In this document: in pieces, positions 12,754-26,081 of the stretch | Layout: every line of letters starts with the position of its first letter | Position numbering within the stretch: the stretch's first letter is position 1 | Notes under the pieces: model-generated | What the model was told of the DNA's origin: nothing | Seen by the model: the letters and a program-made list of their open reading frames with translations, nothing else | Database searches by the model: none | Origin: Phoronis australis | Lineage: Eukaryota > Animalia > Phoronida | Length of the DNA: 64,000 nt | Reading direction: 5' to 3' | Assembly: GCA_002633005.1 (NCBI GenBank) | Contig: NMRA01000001.1 | Coordinates: 3,579,695-3,643,694, forward strand | Made by a program: the position numbers and the translations under genes

Positions 12754-12880
12754 AAATGCCTTCTGCTTCATGAAGGGCAGCAACAACGATTGTGAAAATA
12801 ATTAAAATTTGCCTTTGTTTTATGACGTCAAGGCAGCGGCCAATCATTGCGTAGAAGGTATTTCCCTTAACCAAGGCTCA
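12754..12880 (+). repeat. Dispersed repeat fragment shared with 47780-47905
   Basis: aatgcctt.tgcttcatgaa.ggcagcaacaacg ... atgacgtcaaggcagc.gcc.atcattgcg ... ggtatttccc.taaccaag in both. Confidence 0.8.
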
Positions 12881-15638
12881 AAAGGCTAAATCGATCAGGG
12901 CCATCTTAAGGCATGGGGAGGATGCTGTGAGTCGGCTTACCTAGAACTGCCAAACAACATGTCGTGGAAATCGATGACATTTCGTGAGTCCGCTCAAAAA
13001 TAGTTCGTCAAAAGGGGACAAGTTATGTGAACGGAGAGCCACCCATAACTTTTGCCAAGGCAATTTTTAATGGTTCGTTGGTAACTAAGTACTCGATCAT
13101 TACATCAAAATGAAACCAGTTCGGATCATTTGTCGTGCACTAACGTAACTTCTGAAGAGAGAACACTTTATTGAAAAATCAGCGGAAAAAGAATTAAGCA
13201 ACAGATAGCGCTGTATGTTATGTCCGGACAAGGTGTTGTCGCGTGCGATTGCTCCATAAAATGACAGAATATCGGTTCAAGTTTATGTATTGGTTGTTGT
13301 TGTAGTATAGTATTCCTTTCTAACGAGTTTATGTGGCATCCCAACGATCTCTCACACACAATGTTCGTTTTAATACCGAACTGGTTATAGCAAGGAAAGA
13401 TCTAGATTTCTCCTTGTTTTTAACAATGGACGGTCAAATCCATCCATCGAATGCTAACATCAAATACATCTTGTCATTGTTAAGTAAAACTTAAAACGAT
13501 GATCGAAAAACATCTCTTTTGATGACATGAAGAAAAACAATTTTTTACGTCACGAAATTGCAAGGCTACTATAAATTTATTTGTCGTTAAAGAAATTAGA
13601 GTTTCATTAGAACTGACAGAGACGATTTTATGTGCTCATATTCTCCAGCAATAGCGAACTGTCAATTCCTCCCAAGCTCAAACGTCGCCTGCAATCTATA
13701 GGAACAAGTTGAGACCAGTTTTACAACGTTAAATATACAGGGTTGTATTAATGGACCCACTAGGACCTGGGACCTAGGAGCATATCAGGCTCATGTCAAA
13801 CTACGTTTGTCGTGACGTTGTCAGTCTGTACCGTGACACAACCATTGCCGGTTCTATCTTCTGATTGGCTGAAACGCATTACGATAACTTCCGATGTACG
13901 TTAAGACCACAGTACTAGCGGCTGAATTTGACTTTATCACTGGCCTGGGTAAATTAAAGCCCTTATTTGCACAGCTGTCTTGGGGGGGGGGGCTACAAAA
14001 GCATCTACTGTGGCTTTAGACCTTATATTGACCAACCTGGAAGCGGAAAATCACTATTCATACCTGTCAGACGTCAGATGTCGCTAATAGCGACCTGACC
14101 AATCGGACGCTGTAGACACTACAAACCATCATAACAACGAAGCGAGCTGACGATGTCAGCAAATCTAATCGCCACAAGCTTATCAAGAGCAGGAAAATTC
14201 AGAGGAAAGAAGCGCCGGTGGTCGTGTAATGAAACAAATAAGCCTTTCAGGTCAATCCCTCGGATGTATCGCGTCATATGAACCTCGCGGGAGCCGAGAA
14301 TAACATTGCTCACACTTTGACCATATGGCCATATATCATCCTCGGAATCGGTGCGTATTTGCTAACGTCTAAAAATGGAACTCTAAGAATAGGATGCCAA
14401 CATTTTTACGATTGTTATGTTACTAAAGAAGCTGGACGCTGGACAAAAACAATATCTACAACAAAGAGACAATTATTATTTGGAACAACTTTTGGTAACA
14501 CAAAGTATTGAATTGAATTCTTTTACAAGTAAAACTTCCTTTTTTATTTTATTTCATAGGTTCTCTGCTCTAGATAACATCACTGCTCAGAAATCAATTT
14601 AACATTACATCCAGAGCGACTGCATGAATTATTTCAGAAACAACATAAAACAGAAGCTGAGTTGTTACGAATTTAACTCTTTTACAGCAAGGAATATACT
14701 TAAAGTAAGCCCCATATATTATAACCCAAAACCAGGTGGGGGGAGCCAATATTGCTGATGTCACAGTCCAAGTACTGCAATAATGAACTTACGTCTTGTA
14801 TGCTGCATTTGACCTTATACAAGGACTAAGGACTCCTTGAACTTTTTAAAGACGACACACTGTTATTTTTGTCATTACTAATAATGATGACGTACATCTT
14901 GGCTCATTAGATAGTCACATAAAGCAAATCATGTCAAGCGGAAAATTTCAAAATTGGAATGAATCAAGTTAGGATAGACATTTTCAATATATTCACTTAA
15001 AGATAATTGGGCTACGTTCGACCATATCTCTGTCAGAAACGCGTTCAGTGGTGCAGGTAGTGCAGCCCGGGTCAGATGATAATGTTGCTGCCGCCCCTAC
15101 CCACGCCAACTTGGCTGACGCCACCTAGTGGTAGCTACGTAAACGTTGGTGTCGTTCATCACGCGGAAGCAGCTACATCAGGGAAATTGAAATAAGTCGA
15201 AGTTTGATAGATGCGGCGCAAAATTGTATTGGTTTTCACAATAGAAATCACAAAACAGCACAAATGGTATAATTCTCATAAAACAGAGATACCGTTCCTT
15301 AAAACATCACTCTCCAGCAAAGTTTTGTGGAATCAACTGCCATTTTGCCTGTTTTAGAAAATACACTAGTACCAGCTGTTGCCCGTGCTAAACCGGTCAG
15401 AAAAGCAGATATATCTTCAAACGGCATAATTACTCATGAGTGTAGAAATTCTTTAGTAGGTGACAAAGAAAATGCCACACCTCCCTCGCCACACGAATGG
15501 TGTCGTCTGAAATAACGCTAGGTGGCGCGATGGAAATACAGACGGTGCGTGAAAGCGGGAGAGTGGCATTGTGCCCAGACAATCTCGTCCAGGCGGGAGA
15601 TACAGCAACAACTGCGTAGAGCATTCACATTGATGAAG

Positions 15639-15705
15639 GCATCTGACGGAGGCGCCAGGGTGATAGCATCTGACGGAGGGGCCAGGGTGATGGCATCAAC
15701 TGATG
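15639..15705. repeat. 27-bp minisatellite, ~2.5 units
   Basis: gcatctgacggaggcgccagggtgata / gcatctgacggaggggccagggtgatg / gcatc. Confidence 0.85.
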
Positions 15706-17460
15706 CTCTTTTCATGCTTTTGAAATGACGTATCCTTTCATATTAAGGGACTCGCCCTCGGATTATATAACAAATTGTCACTCCTTTCCTGTTTTTGTGA
15801 AATTATGACCATTTATTATGGAATCAATTGTCGCTCTTTTCCGTTTTATTAAGTTACTCATCCTCACCTACCACTGACACCTCCCCTTTAAATCTAACAC
15901 TGACTGAAACTCTCTCGGTATTTGTGCAGTAGGATAACATTTTGCATTTTATTTCACTGTGCTGGGACAACTCGCGACTGGTTGGAGACAAAATTGCGTG
16001 AAAACAAGCGAGTAGCGAAACGTTTCCTACAAATCACTCTGCATTGGTGCTTCAGCCTTTATTTCACTGGGCCGCAATTGTAAGTTTGCGACAAACTGTC
16101 AATTCTATTGCCGAGGAAAACTCCAACAACTAACTTTCTCTGGAGGACGCAATTTTCTTGTGTAGTCGCAAGGCCTCGCACTTCTGTCGCAGACCTGCGC
16201 TTTTGGGACATTTAAAAAGATCGCTGGAATTTTTTTTTTCTCGGAATACTTTCGCGATCCTACAGTAGGTGTCTCAAACCCGATTCCAAAATTGAAAACA
16301 ATCATTATAAATTTGTGGGGGTATTGACAACCTTGCCAATTCCTGTATTGTCTCCCGGCAGCTTTTCTGCGAAGTTTGGATCACACTATGTTTCAAATGA
16401 TGTCCGATAATCGGGTCACTTTTAATTTGTCTGGCGTATTGTGATTTTTTTCACATAAGGTTTAGAGATTTATGTGACTATAGTCATTATCATGGTTGAA
16501 TGTCATGGTCATGAAACGTTTGAAGTCACGTAGTTCAAACGTTAGTTGTGTTAACTTTAATCGTGTACATTAATTTACTGATGAAAGTACCAACAACCAC
16601 ATGAGACTTTACATTCATTTACATGTTCATTTCATTTCTACGTACATTTCTGTTGACTGGAGGGCCTAGTGAATTGCTTTGCCCGTGGGCACTGCGTCTA
16701 TCATTTCATAACGCAGCAGTCAAGTTTTACTCATGCAATACTTTTAAAATCTTCTCTTTGGCTTCACACGACACGCACAGTTTCACACACAGGCGCGTGG
16801 ATCAAGTATGCGCTTACAGTGCTCCAGTCTGGTTCAATTCACTAATGCAACTATTCGAAATGTGTTGCGGACCCGCTCTTCATGCGCTTTGTTACTAACC
16901 TTTCCTCCCATTCCGGTATGATCGCCAACCTCATATGAGAACTAAATGAGCAAATTCGTGCGTGGTGCTGTTCGGAAATAGTGGCGTCATTCGGGTATAG
17001 TTTCAACTGAAGTTGTGTCGCATTAAGTACACACGTAATTAACTGTTGTACAGAAAATTGTCTAAAAGTTGACATTTTTGGCCTTGGTTCAAGAAAGCGT
17101 TCAAGGACATCACGAGTGGGGGCAACGACCAAAGACGGTCCCAATCGTCCTAAAATTGTTAGTGGCTGCATATTTTGTTGTGGAGGGGAGGGTCACAGCC
17201 GGAGGGAAGCGGAGCACCCTAAATCCCCTTTATGACTCAACAGTTGTGTTGAAGTGAGGGAAACCCGGCGTATTCCATTTTGCACGGGGTTGTACAGCTA
17301 ACTGATCAACCAATGATCACTGTGCGTAAGACTTGTCTACACAAGGCATTTTAGAACGAACTATTGTTTGTGAAAGTGTTCACGTGTTGCACCAATCATG
17401 ACTCGCTCATTATAGTGGCCAGTTCAAATGCCTATAAATATATAGCAGTGTACAGGCGTG

Positions 17461-17590
17461 CGTTCAGTAGACACTAGGACCTACGCTAGGACCTAGTCAA
17501 AGTCACGTGTTCTCATTCAAAATAAACGGCAATATCTCACGTAATCTCGCGAAGTCTTGCTTTTTAGCGAGGTCCTAGCGTTACTGAACG
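17461..17590. mobile_element. Short MITE with terminal inverted repeats
   Basis: cgttcagta..ctaggacct ... aggtcctagcgttactgaacg; related to the 1896 and 62113 copies. Confidence 0.7.
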
Positions 17591-19446
17591 GGAGGCTATT
17601 CTGTTCCTTCAATAAAACAAAACGAGCCTCAGAACTTCACCATGCGTATGTTTTCTGATTAATTACCTTGTACGACAAAACAATGTTTCACAGCAACACA
17701 TAATAGTAATAATATTTTAAATGCGAAACAATATAAACCACAAAACGTCGGGAAAATAATTCAGTACGATTCCAGAAGTTATGTGGTTAATAATTTTCAC
17801 ATTTAGTAATTCACGTGGATGAATGATAATGTCCATCCTCTAGTATATTTTGGTTATGAAATTGGTGGTACACTATCGCTGTACGAACTTCCTTTTACCA
17901 AATTGCCTCTCCGGCGCTTCAAAAGTTTCGCCAGATCTCACCTGTTTTTTACGGTTTTTTTTTGGTAATTGGGATACGTCTTACCGAATTTGCGAGTATT
18001 TAGGCCCACGTGCCCGTATCTTAAGTCGCAGCTACATCCGAACTTCGGCACATGCGCCTGTATGTGAAAGCTTGAGTAAAATCAAGGAGTAAATTCTTGA
18101 AATATTATGGTAGGGTGATAGAAAATAATGTCTGCCGTGTATTCGATTAAACTGAAAACCATCTTTAAAACTGAGAAAGGACGACAACAAGAAAACATCC
18201 AACACCTCGTGTGCACGCATTAGGGAATGTTGCCAACACGAGAAGCTCAGGTGCATACACGTACAGGCGGAAACACTTGAGCAAGTAGTTTTCTTTGAAA
18301 AACGTATTATTTCAGAGGTTCATGGGCCAAAGTATGGAATGCAAATAAATATAGGAGAAGTATCATCTAAGGGACGCCGTGTTATTTTATGGACGTAAAT
18401 GACATGAGAAGTTTGATCAAACCAAAACACAACACACATAAATAACAAGATCAAAGTACAGCTGCACTCGAAGGTTTCGCTAATTAAAATTCCTCAACTA
18501 TTTCGTGTGTTTATACCATGATGTTTTGTGCAAAAGGGATACGACTTTTTGGGAAGTTGGGTTATTTTTTTCTATACGTGAGCTCGTGACCCAACATAGC
18601 AACCGCAGTTCCAGTTTAGCACAAGTCAATGAACAGGTGAATCAGAAAGCCGATATAATTATCACCATGGTGACACTATTTCATCTGCACCTTTCCTCGT
18701 GACAAGCTGCGATGCACTACCCACATCTCAATTTCAAATTCCCTTGTTTAAATCGATAACTACGCTAGCTGCAAAGGTTAATTTCTTACATATAATCAAT
18801 CTTCTATACTGGTTGGCCACACAGTGACCTTCAGCGTTGACTCGATACGTTTCTAGCAAATATAGTAGCTAAAACCACACACCAAAACTTAGTCAACCAC
18901 ACATTAACGACTTTAAGTAAGGTGCTGCGAATAAAAAGCACACTAAGTGTTCCCTGGTGGCAGTTTTCTCTGGTCCCACAACACGACACCTGCCACGAGC
19001 GTGTAACAAATGAACGATTCTTTTGCGTCTTGTTTCGCTACAACAGGCGGCTGTTACACTTCTTTGCCAGCCTGAACACAGATGCCATTTTGGACAATAA
19101 TTTTCCTTCCAGAAATCATGAACGAAACGTTGCGTCCAGTTCGAGTCAGGTTGAAGTCTTGGCAAGAAATAAAGCATATGTCTTGATTATTGGATACGCT
19201 TTTCTCGCCAAAGTATTCTGTTTCTCAATTCATAAAAAATCGATTTACTCCTAAGTTTCAGCCATCGACGAAAATCATAGGTTCAAATAAATGTCAACAC
19301 CCATTCCAACACGAACGAAAGGCACGTGAATGTATGCACGTATGGATCACATGTTAATTCTTTTGATCCTTTTTGTTACAGGACCGAGAGATCCCGGAGA
19401 AGGGTATGAACAGTAACGTGTTTCACAACGATGTAAGGTACTGTTG

Positions 19447-19602
19447 CTAACGGAATAAATCTTGGTTAATTTGAACTTCCCCGCTCTTCACAGCACATTC
19501 CAGTTGTATGGCGTGAAGTGGTTTGCCCCACATCACGTGGTCGTTGGATGGTTTGTAAACTTTACACTGTATATCATAACTCACTGTTCCACAGTTTTCA
19601 AT
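19447..19602 (-). CDS. CNRIP1: CNRIP1/CRIP1-like protein, coding exon 3 (last; not in the ORF track)
   Basis: Acceptor cttttcag, phase 0; IENCGTVSYDIQCKVYKPSNDHVMWGKPLHAIQLECAVKSGEVQINQDLFR* parallels the CRIP1a C-terminus (GT...QVKFY...DH..WG.P...IEYEC). Confidence 0.9.
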   Translation of the reverse strand: MENCGTVSYDIQCKVYKPSNDHVMWGKPLHAIQLECAVKSGEVQINQDLFR

Positions 19603-19862
19603 CTGAAAAGAAAAATTTGTTCATCAATAAAACAACTAAAAATAAAGCAGTGACTGGCATTGCGGCATCAAATCATGTGGAGTTTCGGAGTAAGTGCCTG
19701 ACGGAAATGCAGCATTTAGGGAAAATACCGGAAAATTCAAGTGGCGCTGGAGTATTTCTGAAGGAGTGGTTGTCTTTACTGTTTCCCGGTCTCCACTCTC
19801 CTGTTGCATTTATACACACACGCGTCTCCAGATAACCATAGATAGTTGTTTTTGTTGTAGGT

Positions 19863-19970
19863 ATAATTATTATTATTTGTAAGCTACTATAATAATGTAT
19901 TATTATCATTATCATTACCATTACCATTACCATTACCATTGCCATTATCATTATCATTATTGTTATTATC
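19863..19970. repeat. Compound (ATT)/(ATC)/(ATTACC) microsatellite
   Basis: Directly visible. Confidence 0.9.
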
Positions 19971-20421
19971 AGTGTTAAGTTCTTCGTATCGTAATGTGTT
20001 AAACTCCTAAGCAATGTTAACGCGTAGTCTAGAATTTAAAGAATAAAATAGTTCCTATACAGCCATATCGACAAGCAAAGGGCAACTTTCTAAGGCTACA
20101 TCTACATGCCAAGCGCAAAAATGCAGACATTGCCGCTTTGCAAATACAACTGCGAAGTTACATCATACTACTGCCTCTGGTGTTGAGCAAAGTTGAAACA
20201 ATTAATACACGCATTTCTATTCGAGGCCTCACTTTCAATCACAGCTTTTATTGCAGTGGTAACCAAATTTGGCAGAAAACGCATTCGTGGTCTGACTTTC
20301 CCACAGGCTTCGTCGTAGTAGGAGCTGAATGTTCGTGAGCATAGATGAAAAATGCAGTGATTTGGGTTGCCACACTTCTTTCTTGGAAAGCAGACACCGT
20401 CACGCGAATCACCTGCTAATA

Positions 20422-20595
20422 CATAGGCGGATTTAGGGGGGGCCCGGGCCCCCCCCCCTTGGCTGCCGCAAAAAAATAAAACAGTAAGAGCGTACGGAAA
20501 TGGTGAATTTATTAATTAAAATTATACGGATGAAAAAAGATTTAAATGTGTGCAGTTTTAGTGTTTGGGGGGGGGGGCTCAAACCCAATTTCAAG
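20422..20595 (+). mobile_element. hAT-like MITE 5' end, truncated at a single-N junction
   Basis: cataggcggatttaggggggg cccgggccccccccc terminus typical of hAT MITEs; N at 20596. Confidence 0.5.
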
Positions 20596-20596
20596 N

Positions 20597-21762
20597 GAGC
20601 GTTGAAATGCGCCCACGAATGCATTGCAAATGGTGTGCTTTTAGAGATATTTATTTGTATCATAAAAATGGCCACTAGATGGCGCAAAAACATACAATCC
20701 ATCCAAAAACAGGAACATGCCATATTTCATAAATATCTGTCAAGGAACTTCAGAGAAACAAAGGAAAACAGAATAAAATGAAATTGCCACTAGTGGGCAC
20801 AGTGTCCGCTGGATCCGCCTGAAAGTCGTCGTCGTCTGTTGTTATTTTCATATAAATACACTTACTAAATTTAGTAAAGATCCTGCAATGGGTTTAGGAG
20901 ATACAACTATGGGCGCAAAACAAAACTACCACTAGGAGGCGCTACAATAGTCAGTCACCATCATCAAAGGTCTTCTTCACACTGAGAACATATATGCCAA
21001 GTTTCAAATGATTTGGTTGATACAGGGGTGGACGCCAAAAACAAGATTTGAAAACAGCAAAAATGGCCACTAGGTGGTTCAAAATACCTCGATTCCATCG
21101 AAAAACAGGAAGATAGCATCATCCACCAACAGATGCCTATATTTAAAAATTTATGAAAGTCTGTTGAGGAACTTTGAAGATACTGAGTTAAACGTAAAAA
21201 TCTAAAATTGCCACTAGGGGGCACAGCAGCAGTCAGATCTGTCCGAAAGTCGTCGTCATCCGTAGTCAACATCAAAAAATACAGTTGCTAAATTAAATAA
21301 AGATCCTGCGAACGGTTTATTAGATACAGCCATAGGCGCAACAAAAACAAAACTGCCACCAGGAGGCGCCGCAGTAGTCGAAATCGTCGGAAATCATTGT
21401 CAACCGTCCTCTTCATAGTAAGCACATACATGCCAATTCTCACAATCATTCTTTGAGCGGTTTGGTTGATAGAGGGGTGGACGCAAAAAGACTCGAAAAC
21501 AGTAAAAATAGCCACTAGGTGGCGCAAACTACGTCGAATCCATCCGAAAACGGGAGGATAGCGTCACCTCACTAATAGGTGCCTCCATAATAAATTTCAT
21601 GAAAATCTGTTAAGGACTTTTGAAGATACAAAGGTAAGCGTAAAAAAATAAAATTTCCAGCGGACGCCGGACGGACGCCGCCCGGACGGACGGACGGACG
21701 GACCGACAGACGGACGGACGGACGGAGTCACTCCACCAGCCCTGTCTGAGAGGCAGGCTTAA
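20597..21762 (+). mobile_element. Helentron/HINE (DINE-1/pearl-like) non-autonomous element with internal ~145-bp tandem array
   Basis: Seven diverged monomers, each with a CCAC(T/C)AG.(T/G/A)G core and ~430-bp three-monomer periodicity; (GGAC)n at 21661-21725; terminal hairpin agccctgtct-gag-aggcaggct at 21738-21759. Confidence 0.7.
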
Positions 21763-24499
21763 ACTAAGAAAAGTATGTTACATGTATTTTGAAAAAGCCC
21801 CGCAGGATGTGTATCAGGGACCACAAACCCTTACATTTCGAAGTGTACCTTTCAAAACGTGAACCTAATAAACAAAACTGGACCTAAACAAAGTGAATCT
21901 TGCAGAACTACTTATTGACCCTAAGAGTGATTTTGGCATTAAATCTTTTGGCACCCTGATAACGTAAAATTATGACTGTACCCTGGGCTGCACTGAATAT
22001 GCATAATGATAAATATCTACTCGTAAGTTGTAAACTTAACATTTGAAACAGATGTAAATGTACGTGCGCTTATACAATTTTACAATTTCACAATTTCATT
22101 TCGTAAGAGCCCCGATTCTAATCAGTGTGTAAGATAATGAACATTGAATTAGTAAGCAACTCGTAAGAAATTGGGAAACTGATGAATATTACATAATATA
22201 GCAAAAAAATTTTACCACTACCACAACCAGAAATATTGGACTAATTAACTTCGACAAAATACGTGTAATGTCTTTTGTCCTTGTCATCTCTCCTGTCATG
22301 AAGAGTTACCAGTTTATAGCACATTACTGCGTTAATTCACGGCTATAATTCGTATGATTTCTTTCTAACTAATTATGACGTCAACGGACCTAGACACTCA
22401 ATGAACGTTTGCTAACTTTTTACGATTGAAAACTGATGTCACTCAGCATGATTCAGTGCACCAGAGAGAAACCGACCTAATAATACAAAATTACAGGAAA
22501 GGTTTAACAGCAATGTTATATTTAGTCGTCAATCAACCCAGATAATTCGTCGATTACTCAACAATTCTTACTAAATAGCACCTGATTCAAAACTAGGTAC
22601 AAAATCATTTTCAACATCCAATTATTTCATAATTCGCTAATAGAATATGGATTCATTTTCACGAATCCATTTCTAACGAATCCAACACCACCATCTCTCT
22701 GCGTCCAGTCAGACAAATAATTACGTTCGTCTCTTGAAATTGGCCAAACTTAGTAAATAAGTGACACAAGTAAGCCACACTCTCATTCACATAAATTTGT
22801 CTAAATTAGGAGAAAAATCCATCTTTCGCGTGGCGCACTTTGGTGAAAATGTGGTGACCATTTCACCACATGTGCGTAGGCCAACAATTCGAGCGCACGT
22901 GTTCCGGATGCGGCACCACTCATCTCACAATTTAACCTTAGTTATATCATAACTGGTTAGCTACGACAGTTTGAGACAGCGGCTTCTCAATGTTTGAACA
23001 AGACGTCCATCATTTAGAGATAAACTGTCATTAATTCTTTGTGTTTTACACCTTTTGTAACTGTGCCATTTAAATATTCAAAAACAGATCTGTTTGTTTC
23101 CGTTTTTTGCATAAGTAGTAGTTGCAGCTGATTCGTTTACCAGTGTAGGCTAGTGGCGGGCAACGAAGGCTTGTGAAACAAACGTCAAATGAATTCAATG
23201 CATTTCCGAAAAGCAATCAGCTGCTTCCCAATAAGCCAACACGTTAACCGGTTTGACTTCAAAGAAAGCAATAATAAATACATAAAGAGTAATAGACCTG
23301 AAATTTAGATTAGACAACGCTAACCAAAATACCATTTTTCGTACTTAGATTATGAAATGAGACTCTTGAGCCGAAAAAAAAATATTTCACAAACATTTCG
23401 TAGGAGTACCAGCCAAAGTTATCAAAACTTTGATTGAGCATATGAGCGAGGCTTTCATTATGCGTAGGCCATTAAAAATTGTCGTGTTGAATAATAAATG
23501 TTTAAAAAGCTATCTATTTTGTTATCTTGTTACAATTCATTTACGAGTTTTAAAACTAAACTAAACCGAAAGTAGTCTGTAACAGCGTTTAGATTGCAAA
23601 CCAAAGCAGTGACTGTGTAACAGCTATCAATTACGCCGAATATATTTACTTTCGCATACACCACTTAAATATTTTAGGAAAACAAGGCAGTGAATCGTAA
23701 ATATTACACTTGAACCAGAGGTCTTGTTATTAGGATGGCGTGTATCGGACTGGTCCTTGATTCAAAAGAAGCAGACCGGTATTGGTAACAATCCACGAAA
23801 TGCCTCTCACGTATGCACAATATGTAAAAAGATCCCAGGAATGTGGAATAAAAAATAGCACGTATTGTACATCTAGACCAGCTTCGTTCATTGACTTTTG
23901 TATTTCCATTAGACGGAAGTGTCTGTGTCCGGCTGTGTGTGTGTGTGCGTGTATGTGTGTGCCCGCGTATGTGTACGTTTGCTACGCACGAGACAACTTC
24001 AACTAATGAAGTTTGCACCTGTTTGGACGGCGTCCATGACATAATGTTGTGGAACGTTGCGTCAGTCATAACGTCAACTCATCCGGTCAAATCCAGTTCA
24101 AGCAGAACCAGGTGTGCGTTTCGTAGACCCCCAGAAACTCTCAAAAATCAGGATCACGCAAGACCCCTCAAACAGGGAACCCGTGTTTCGTGAGCTCGGA
24201 ACCTTACTAGAGCAGCCTAGCGGACAATAGTCTGATATAACGTGCCCGTGTTTTGTGAACCAGTTTGATGCCCGTTATTCAGTGGAAAAAACTGGTTCTC
24301 AAAATTCGGACACGTTTTATCAGACCAGGCAGGTGCTGTTTATGTTCAATTCGCTGAGATTTCTTTTCGCAAGTGCGCCGAGAGAGCACGGAACGCATCC
24401 AAGATAAAGTTAGTGCAAAGATTCTGGTGAACTGATTTCACAAGATGCCTATCACGCTGATTCGGTACTAAAACCGCCTGTGTGTGCACTGATCTTTTG

Positions 24500-25228
24500 T
24501 AGACTGGGTGCCTTTTTGTTGGGCAGAAGTTACCTGTAGATGGCAGTTTCGCCAACTTCTAACAACAGCATGTTGGAAAACGTGTGACGTATTCTTTGTA
24601 CTGACATCTCTAGAATGAGAAGAAAATGATAACGCACACACGATTTGCTTCCGGTGATTAAAAGGTAACCACGGGCTTGCGGCGTTAAACCAAGTATTTG
24701 GATTACCCCCAATACACTGGTTCACCTGTGTTTATGTACCTCGCATCAGAAAGCCGTGAATGTAAAACAACTCGTGGGAATTTTTATTTTTAGCAAGAAT
24801 GCTCATTGACATTTAGACCAATCCCATTCTGTTCCGAAATGCATTTTATGTATTTTCAGAACAGTCNTAGACTGGGTGCCTTTTTGTTGGGCAGAAGTTA
24901 GATGGCAGTTTCGCCAACTTCTAACAACAGCATGTTGGAAAACGTGTGACGTATTCTTTGTACTGACATCTCTAGAATGAGACGAAAATGATAAAGCACA
25001 CACGATTTGCTTCCGGTGATTAAAAGGTAACTACGGGCTTGCGGCGTTAAACCAAGTATTTGGATTACCCCCAATATACTGGTTCACCTGTGTTTATGTA
25101 CCTCGCATCAGAAAGCCGTGAATGTAAAACAACTCGTGGGAATTTTTATTTTTAGCAAGAATGCTCATTGACATTTAGACCAATCCCATTCTGTTCCGAA
25201 ATGCATTTTATGTATTTTCAGAACAGTC
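24500..25228 (+). repeat. ~365-bp tandem duplication across a single N (probable haplotype-overlap artefact)
   Basis: 24500-24866 vs 24868-25228 differ only by a 6-bp indel and a few SNPs; N at 24867. Confidence 0.85.
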
Positions 25229-25909
25229 ACTTTTTCAGCCTCGGAAACTGTCAATGAACGGAATTTGATATCTGTGCAGAACTCTTAATTTCAAAGGTCA
25301 TTAACCTATTATAACAGTCAATAATAAAGATCGAATGAACAGTGGTCATTTTGATAAAATGCAAAATGTGTTTGAAAATACATGTACGTTGAGCGCATAT
25401 GTTTTTATGTTTCTGACTTTTAGACATACAGAATTTACGCATTTTTAGCTCAAGTTTGACAAAAATAAACGTTTGCTGACGTGACGTTGTTACGAGCATG
25501 CGACACCGATCAGACAGCCCCGCAGTAACACCGGTCATCTTTGTTGTGTTCGCAAAACCCTGTGGAATTTTAATGTTTGATTCCTCTTAAATTTTCGAAA
25601 TACAAATATGACGGTAATGTACAGAAAACGTGTTCGCGAACGATCCTAGTATCGAGACAATTTTCTTGCGTAAGAGCATCCGATGCAGGCGACGATCCGG
25701 AGGCGGTTCGACCAGCTGTTTTTGTGTTGCTGCAATGAATTCACGGTAAACTGCACCCTACTGCATGTCTTTTGACCCCTTGCGGTCAGGATTATGGGAA
25801 CATCCTGGATTTGCTCTTGTACAGGTCGTTCTTCAGGTTTTTCTGGCTAAACGCGATTTTTTGAAATAATGCCCTGAACGCTTATGCTGAAATTCTGTTG
25901 CCTGGTTAC

Positions 25910-26081
25910 CTGTATAGAAATTGGTAAACTCTTTCGCGTTCCGTCCTTTGTCACTTGAAGATTGGCGTCCCAGTCGCACTTGTAAAACGCTCCGGCGTCA
26001 GACGCGTCGTCCTCTTCATCAGGGTTTGGGTTCTTGGAAAGTCTTGTCAAAACAAGTTTGGAATCTTGTATTGACATTGCC
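25910..26081 (-). CDS. CNRIP1: CNRIP1/CRIP1-like protein, coding exon 2
   Basis: Acceptor ttttttcag (phase 2), donor CAG|gtaacc (phase 0); AMSIQDSKLVL...YKCDWDANLQVTKDGTRKSLPISIQ parallels CRIP1 [23 protein letters not shown]. Confidence 0.9.

Noticed and set aside
15518-15715. ORF with DAITLAPPS repeats
   Set aside because: Explained by the 27-bp minisatellite; no gene context
16851-17042. Minus-strand LITCVLNATQLQLKLYPN... as CNRIP1 last exon
   Set aside because: Only a superficial QxKxY match without WG; 19447-19602 fits far better
20597-21660. CRISPR-like repeat-spacer array
   Set aside because: Inter-motif sequences are homologous to one another, units are ~145 bp, there are no cas genes and the context is eukaryotic
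24500-25228. Tandem duplication as a real biological repeat
   Set aside because: Junction is a single N and the differences look allelic; most likely a scaffolding artefact
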